Positions 59,619-64,000 of a DNA stretch of 64,000 bases are shown here, piece after piece. The stretch lies in contig JAOAJD010000001.1 of NCBI GenBank assembly GCA_026414365.1, forward strand, positions 314,144-378,143, given 5' to 3'. Source of the DNA: Candidatus Iainarchaeum sp. (GTDB lineage Archaea; Iainarchaeota; Iainarchaeia; Iainarchaeales; SKW153). Both the position numbers and the translations under genes were made by a program. Under the pieces are notes generated by a model that did not search any database, had not been told where the DNA came from, and was given only the letters and a program-made list of their open reading frames with translations. The first letter of the stretch is position 1. Each line of letters begins with the position of its first letter.

Positions 59619-60734
59619 TTAGTTATTGAATATCTTATTAAATTTTCTCTTAAACTCAATTAATTTTCCCTCTTTTATTTTTTTCTTTGCTTTATTGATT
59701 AAATTATATACAAAATGTAAGTTGTGATATGTCAAATATTTGGCACCATTTTCTTCTTTTGTTTTGTAAAGGTGATGTATATATGCCTTACTGTGAAATT
59801 TACAAACGTAACAATCACAATTTTTGTCTAATTGAGAATTATCTTTTTTAAATTTTGAATTTTCTATACTTATGTTTCCTTCAGATGTTATTGCCAATCC
59901 ATGTCTCGCAGTCCTTGTTGGGAAATTGCTATCAAATATGTCAACTCCTAAACAGATAGCTTCTAACAATTCTCTTGCTGAACCAACACCCATTAAATAG
60001 ACGGGCCTATCCTCTGGAATAATTTGTTTACAAAACCTTATTATATCATACATTTCTTCCTTTTTCTCTCCTATAGATAATCCACCTATTGAAATTCCAT
60101 TAAAATCCAAATCTAATAAACCTCTTATTGACTCCTTTCTAAGATCTTTGTAAATGCCTCCTTGGCATATTCCAAATAATAGCTGATCTCTATTTTTGTG
60201 ATTTTTTTTGCATATCTCTGCCCATCTTTGCGTCCTCGCAACAGATATAGAATATATTTCTTTATTAAGCCCCATTTTCACAACGTCATCTAGACACATA
60301 GCAACATCGCTTTTAATTCGGTTTTGTATTTCTATTGCCTTTTTAGGAGTTAAAAAAAATTTACTATTATCAAAAGGATTTCTAAATAAGATACCCTCCT
60401 CATTTGTTTTTATATGCAAGTCTTCTTTAAGGATTTGAAAACCACCAGAATCAGTAAAAATTCCATATTTCCAATTGACAAAATTATGTATCCCTCCAAA
60501 GCTTTCAATGACTTCTAAAGATGGTTTCATAGATAGGATTAATGCATTAGTTATGAAACACTTATATCCAATTATCCCCAATTCTTCGTTGGTTATGTGT
60601 TTTACAGAACCTTTTGTAGCTACTGGCATAAAGAAAGGAGTTTCTAAGCTAACATGTTTTGTTTTTAATACCCCTATTCTAGCTTTTGTTTTTCTATCCT
60701 TCTCTAAAATTTTAAATGCCATATCATCATCCAA
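59619..60734 (-). CDS. tgt: tRNA-guanine transglycosylase (short form without a PUA domain).
   Basis: N-terminus ARIGVLKTKHVSLETPFFMPVATKGSVK and the zinc site CDCYVCKFHSKAYIHHL (CxCxxC..H). Confidence 0.75.
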   Translation of the reverse strand: MDDDMAFKILEKDRKTKARIGVLKTKHVSLETPFFMPVATKGSVKHITNEELGIIGYKCFITNALILSMKPSLEVIESFGGIHNFVNWKYGIFTDSGGFQILKEDLHIKTNEEGILFRNPFDNSKFFLTPKKAIEIQNRIKSDVAMCLDDVVKMGLNKEIYSISVARTQRWAEICKKNHKNRDQLLFGICQGGIYKDLRKESIRGLLDLDFNGISIGGLSIGEKKEEMYDIIRFCKQIIPEDRPVYLMGVGSARELLEAICLGVDIFDSNFPTRTARHGLAITSEGNISIENSKFKKDNSQLDKNCDCYVCKFHSKAYIHHLYKTKEENGAKYLTYHNLHFVYNLINKAKKKIKEGKLIEFKRKFNKIFNN

Positions 60735-60752
60735 TTTTTAAAGAAAATGGTA

Positions 60753-61106
60753 TTATATTGATAAAAAACGTTTCTTCAAAAAACTTTTTGCCATTTCTAA
60801 TAGATTTTTTCCTCTATTTGTAATTTTGTATATCTTTCTAAAACCCACTTGTCTTGATTCTACAAAGCCTCTAGACTCAAGTTTATATAAAATAATATAT
60901 GTAGTTACTTCTCCTATTCCAAATCCAAATTTCTTCTCTATTTCTTTTCTAAGTGCATAAGCGTGCAATTCTTTTTTTGTTAGAATTGAAAGAATATATA
61001 GCCACAAAATTTCAATACCTGTTTTGTTTTTTAATCTTATAAATTCTTTTGTTTCTTCTAGTTTTTCAGTCTCTTCAGAATCTCTTTTTTTCATACCAAT
61101 GCCCAA
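60753..61106 (-). CDS. PadR-family transcriptional regulator.
   Basis: The wHTH segment ILWLYILSILTKKELHAYALRKEIEKKFG...YIILYKLESRGFV matches the PadR pattern. Confidence 0.6.
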   Translation of the reverse strand: MGIGMKKRDSEETEKLEETKEFIRLKNKTGIEILWLYILSILTKKELHAYALRKEIEKKFGFGIGEVTTYIILYKLESRGFVESRQVGFRKIYKITNRGKNLLEMAKSFLKKRFLSI

Positions 61107-61241
61107 TGCTTTTAATTTTTGGAATTAACCAGCGTTCAGTTTTAAACTGCTTACTAGAATAAAAATAAGCTTATTGCATAATTATTTAAAAATATTTTAT
61201 ATCTGTTAAATATTTTATATTTGTAAAATATTGTCCTATGT

Positions 61242-62369
61242 TTGATATTTTTACGAGGTGTTGGTTTGAGTAAAATAAAAGTTGCTATTGCAGGCGTAGG
61301 TAATTGTGCATCTTCTTTAGTACAAGGTGTTTTCTATTATAAACACATTACTGAAAGAGATTCTTTGGTTCCTGGACTAATGCATAATGTTTTTGGCGGA
61401 TATAAAATCTCAGATATCAAATTTGTAGCAGCATTTGATGTTGACAAAAGGAAAGTTGGTAAAGATCTCAGTGAAGCAATATTCCAAAAACCAAATTGTA
61501 CAAAAGTATTCCAAAAGAAAATACCTAAGTTAAATGTCGAAGTAAAAAAGGGCCCGGTTTTGGATGGTGTTGCAGATCATATGAAGGATTATCCTGAAGA
61601 TAGGAGTTTTAGGGTAGATGAAAAACAAAAAGTAGTTGATGTTGTAAAGGAACTGAAAGAGTCAGGTGCGGATGTTTTAATTAATTATATGCCTGTTGGG
61701 GCTGAAGAGGCAACAAAATATTATGCAACTTGTGCTTTAGAGGCAGGATGTGCTTTTATTAACTGTATGCCTGTATTTATAGCTTCAGATTTTGCATGGG
61801 AAAAAAAATTTAGAGAGAAAAATTTGCCTGTGGTAGGTGACGATATAGCATCACAAATAGGGGCTACAATAACCCACAAGGCATTAACAAAACTATTTTC
61901 AGATAGAGGGGTAAAGATAGACAGAACTTATCAACTTAACACAGGTGGTAATACTGATTTTTTGAATATGTTAGAAAGATCGAGACTTAAGAGTAAAAAG
62001 ATAAGTAAAACTGAAGCAGTACAACATATGCTTAATGAAAGATTAGATGATCAAAACATACATATAGGTCCAAGTGATTACGTACCATGGCAGAATGACA
62101 ACAAAGTTTGTTTTATAAGAATTGAAGGAAGAAAGTTTGGAGATGTGCCAGTGATTTTAGATTTAAGGCTTAGTGTAGAAGATTCTCCTAATTCTGCAGG
62201 AGTAGTAATAGATGCTATAAGGGCAGCAAAATTAGCTTTAGATAGAGGAGTCGGAGGAGCATTAATTTCAGCCAGCGCTTATTTTATGAAACATCCTCCA
62301 ATGCACTATTCTCCTGAAATAGCAAAACAGATGGTTGAAGAATTTATTAAAGGAAAAAGAGAAAGATAA
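61242..62369 (+). CDS. myo-Inositol-1-phosphate synthase.
   Basis: N-terminus [17 protein letters not shown] and an archaeal MIPS length and pattern. Confidence 0.8.
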   Translation: MIFLRGVGLSKIKVAIAGVGNCASSLVQGVFYYKHITERDSLVPGLMHNVFGGYKISDIKFVAAFDVDKRKVGKDLSEAIFQKPNCTKVFQKKIPKLNVEVKKGPVLDGVADHMKDYPEDRSFRVDEKQKVVDVVKELKESGADVLINYMPVGAEEATKYYATCALEAGCAFINCMPVFIASDFAWEKKFREKNLPVVGDDIASQIGATITHKALTKLFSDRGVKIDRTYQLNTGGNTDFLNMLERSRLKSKKISKTEAVQHMLNERLDDQNIHIGPSDYVPWQNDNKVCFIRIEGRKFGDVPVILDLRLSVEDSPNSAGVVIDAIRAAKLALDRGVGGALISASAYFMKHPPMHYSPEIAKQMVEEFIKGKRER

Positions 62370-62371
62370 TC

Positions 62372-62968
62372 ATGCTTTACGAAAAGAGAGAATTTTTTAA
62401 TAAAATTTCTATAAAAGTTGGTTTGATTTTTTCTACAATTCCACTAACGCCAAATCAGTGGACTATCTTGAGTTTAATACCTGCTATACTATCTGCTTAT
62501 TTCATAATATACAAGAAATATCTCTTCGCAATAGCTTTCTTTTTGATTGCTGCTTTTCTAGATTTTGTTGATGGTTCTGTTGCTAGGGTTTTGGGAAGAG
62601 AAACTAAATTTGGTGCTTATTTAGATACAATAGTAGATCGTTATGTCGAATTTATTATTATTTTTAGTTTTTTATTTGTTGATTTACCTGATTTTATTAT
62701 TTCAAAGAATGCCTTGCTTTTTTTGTATCTTTTTGGTGCTTTTATGACAACATATGCAAAAGCAGCAGCAAAAGAGAAAGAACTAGTTAAAAATGAACTA
62801 AAAGGCGGTTTGTTAGAGAGAGCAGAAAGACTTTTTATTTTCTTTGTGGGTTTAATTTTATTACTTTTTGATAGTTTATATTTTGTTATATTGTTAGCAA
62901 TCTTGGCTATTCTTTCAAATATAACTGCTCTACAAAGAATATTAAAAGCTAGACAATCTAAAATATAA
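62372..62968 (+). CDS. CDP-alcohol phosphatidyltransferase (archaetidylinositol-phosphate synthase-like).
   Basis: DFVDGSVAR...G..LD...DR is the Dx2DGx2AR..G..D..D motif, in a polytopic membrane protein. Confidence 0.75.
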   Translation: MLYEKREFFNKISIKVGLIFSTIPLTPNQWTILSLIPAILSAYFIIYKKYLFAIAFFLIAAFLDFVDGSVARVLGRETKFGAYLDTIVDRYVEFIIIFSFLFVDLPDFIISKNALLFLYLFGAFMTTYAKAAAKEKELVKNELKGGLLERAERLFIFFVGLILLLFDSLYFVILLAILAILSNITALQRILKARQSKI

Positions 62969-62981
62969 TGTTTAGGGGAAA

Positions 62982-63923
62982 TTATTTATCTTTCTTCGTT
63001 TCAACTTCTAACATAGGATTTTTTGAATATATTTCATAACTAGCAAAATAGAAATTATCTATGTTAACATCACTCTCCAAACTTATATTTACCAATATCT
63101 CATTTTCTTTTTGTTTTACAATAATTAAGGGATTCAATAATATTTCTATTCTATCAGAAGTACAATCATTTCCTAAACAATTTATTACTACTTTGTTTTC
63201 TTGTTCTTTCTTTATATGAGCTTTAATTATATTATTACTTAAAAAGCATTTCTCACATTCTGAGCTATCTACTTCTAAATAAAAATAAAGATCTCTCTTT
63301 TGGGTGTTATAATCCTCTTGTGGGCAACCAGTATATTCTTGAAAAGTGCATTGGATGTTGTTAAAATCATGTCCTAAACCAGCAGGAATTTTTATCTTGA
63401 CCCCAACTTTCTTAATTTTATCTTCGTTGCATTCTTCTAACCAAATTTTGTTTTCGTCCTCGATGAAAAAATTTGTGCATATAGGTTCTATTGTGAAGTA
63501 TATTTTTTTGTCATTACCATTCCAATCAGCATTTTTTGGTACATTTATATCTATAATGTACCCTAAATAGTTAGATCCTTTCTCTAAAAAAATTTCATAA
63601 CTATTAATTAAATCATAATAAGTTAAAATTCTGTTTTTGTTTATAGGTAGTTCAACATTTATATCAAAAATATTTTTATCAATATTAAAAGAAAAGGGCA
63701 ATATTCTGTTATCTATTGCTGGGTTGTTATAATAAAAGTTATTAGAGATAGACCTTGTAATTTTAACACTGTTTTCTAATGCCTTTATTTTAGCTTTTGA
63801 TTTTTCTAACAATATTCTGTTATAACTAGAAATTTCATAAACTTGCATAAGTAGAATTATGAATAGCATTACTATAACAGAAAATAAAAAACCTCTGTTA
63901 TGTCTTTTTTTTAGCAAAGGCAT
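62982..63923 (-). CDS. Secreted or membrane-anchored hypothetical protein.
   Basis: N-terminal TM/signal anchor, then a 280-aa Cys-containing extracellular region. Confidence 0.4.
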   Translation of the reverse strand: MPLLKKRHNRGFLFSVIVMLFIILLMQVYEISSYNRILLEKSKAKIKALENSVKITRSISNNFYYNNPAIDNRILPFSFNIDKNIFDINVELPINKNRILTYYDLINSYEIFLEKGSNYLGYIIDINVPKNADWNGNDKKIYFTIEPICTNFFIEDENKIWLEECNEDKIKKVGVKIKIPAGLGHDFNNIQCTFQEYTGCPQEDYNTQKRDLYFYLEVDSSECEKCFLSNNIIKAHIKKEQENKVVINCLGNDCTSDRIEILLNPLIIVKQKENEILVNISLESDVNIDNFYFASYEIYSKNPMLEVETKKDK

Positions 63924-64000
63924 TTCAATCAGCCCAGATATAATATTTTACTCTGTAAAAGTTTGTTTTTGGACTTCCATAACATTTAACTGCATCGTAG

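Noticed and set aside
1-64000. Search for CRISPR arrays, rRNA genes and IS elements.
   Set aside because: I saw no regularly spaced direct repeats with unique spacers, no rRNA-like conserved stretches and no transposase-like ORFs. The only clear direct repeat is the 30-nt coding repeat at 20847 and 20955.

Overview
This is an AT-rich (about 30% GC), densely coding window from a small-genome archaeon, probably DPANN-like. The evidence for an archaeal origin is an RFC small subunit, TFE, archaeal-type triosephosphate isomerase, an archaeal type IV pilin with a class III signal peptide, an initiator tRNA with an A1:U72 pair, and an intron-containing tRNA.

Housekeeping genes include the C-terminus of NrdD plus NrdG, endonuclease III, SerRS, NadE, NadK, aspartokinase and ASADH, PPDK, PGM/PMM, SOD, RecJ/GAN-like, Pus10 and Tgt. 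A MIPS plus CDP-alcohol phosphatidyltransferase pair (inositol lipid synthesis) is also present.

The main loci of interest are:
- A complete archaeal-type mevalonate pathway supercluster at 38.3-49.0 kb: HMGR, HMGS, thiolase, DUF35, MVK, UbiX, UbiD, AcnX large and small, IPK and IDI2.
- A type IV pilus (Tad/archaeal) assembly operon with a convergent Q+1 pilin at 12.3-17.5 kb.
- Two tandem Cys-rich type-I membrane proteins with a shared cytoplasmic tail at 20.1-23.8 kb. They are translationally coupled to the first of two duplicated modules, each pairing a KaiC-like ATPase with a P-loop-less RecA-fold paralog, at 23.8-27.5 kb. This is a candidate undescribed signalling system.
- A bacterial-type coaD-coaE pair at 17.6-18.7 kb.
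- A tRNA-iMet followed by a tyrosine recombinase, a possible integrated element, at 6.5-10 kb.
- A block of uncharacterised genes at 52.6-56.3 kb that includes a candidate divergent protein-kinase-like protein.

Three small ORFs below the ORF-track length cutoff look real: a 2x[4Fe-4S] ferredoxin, a zinc-ribbon peptide and a small basic protein. I found no CRISPR array and no rRNA.
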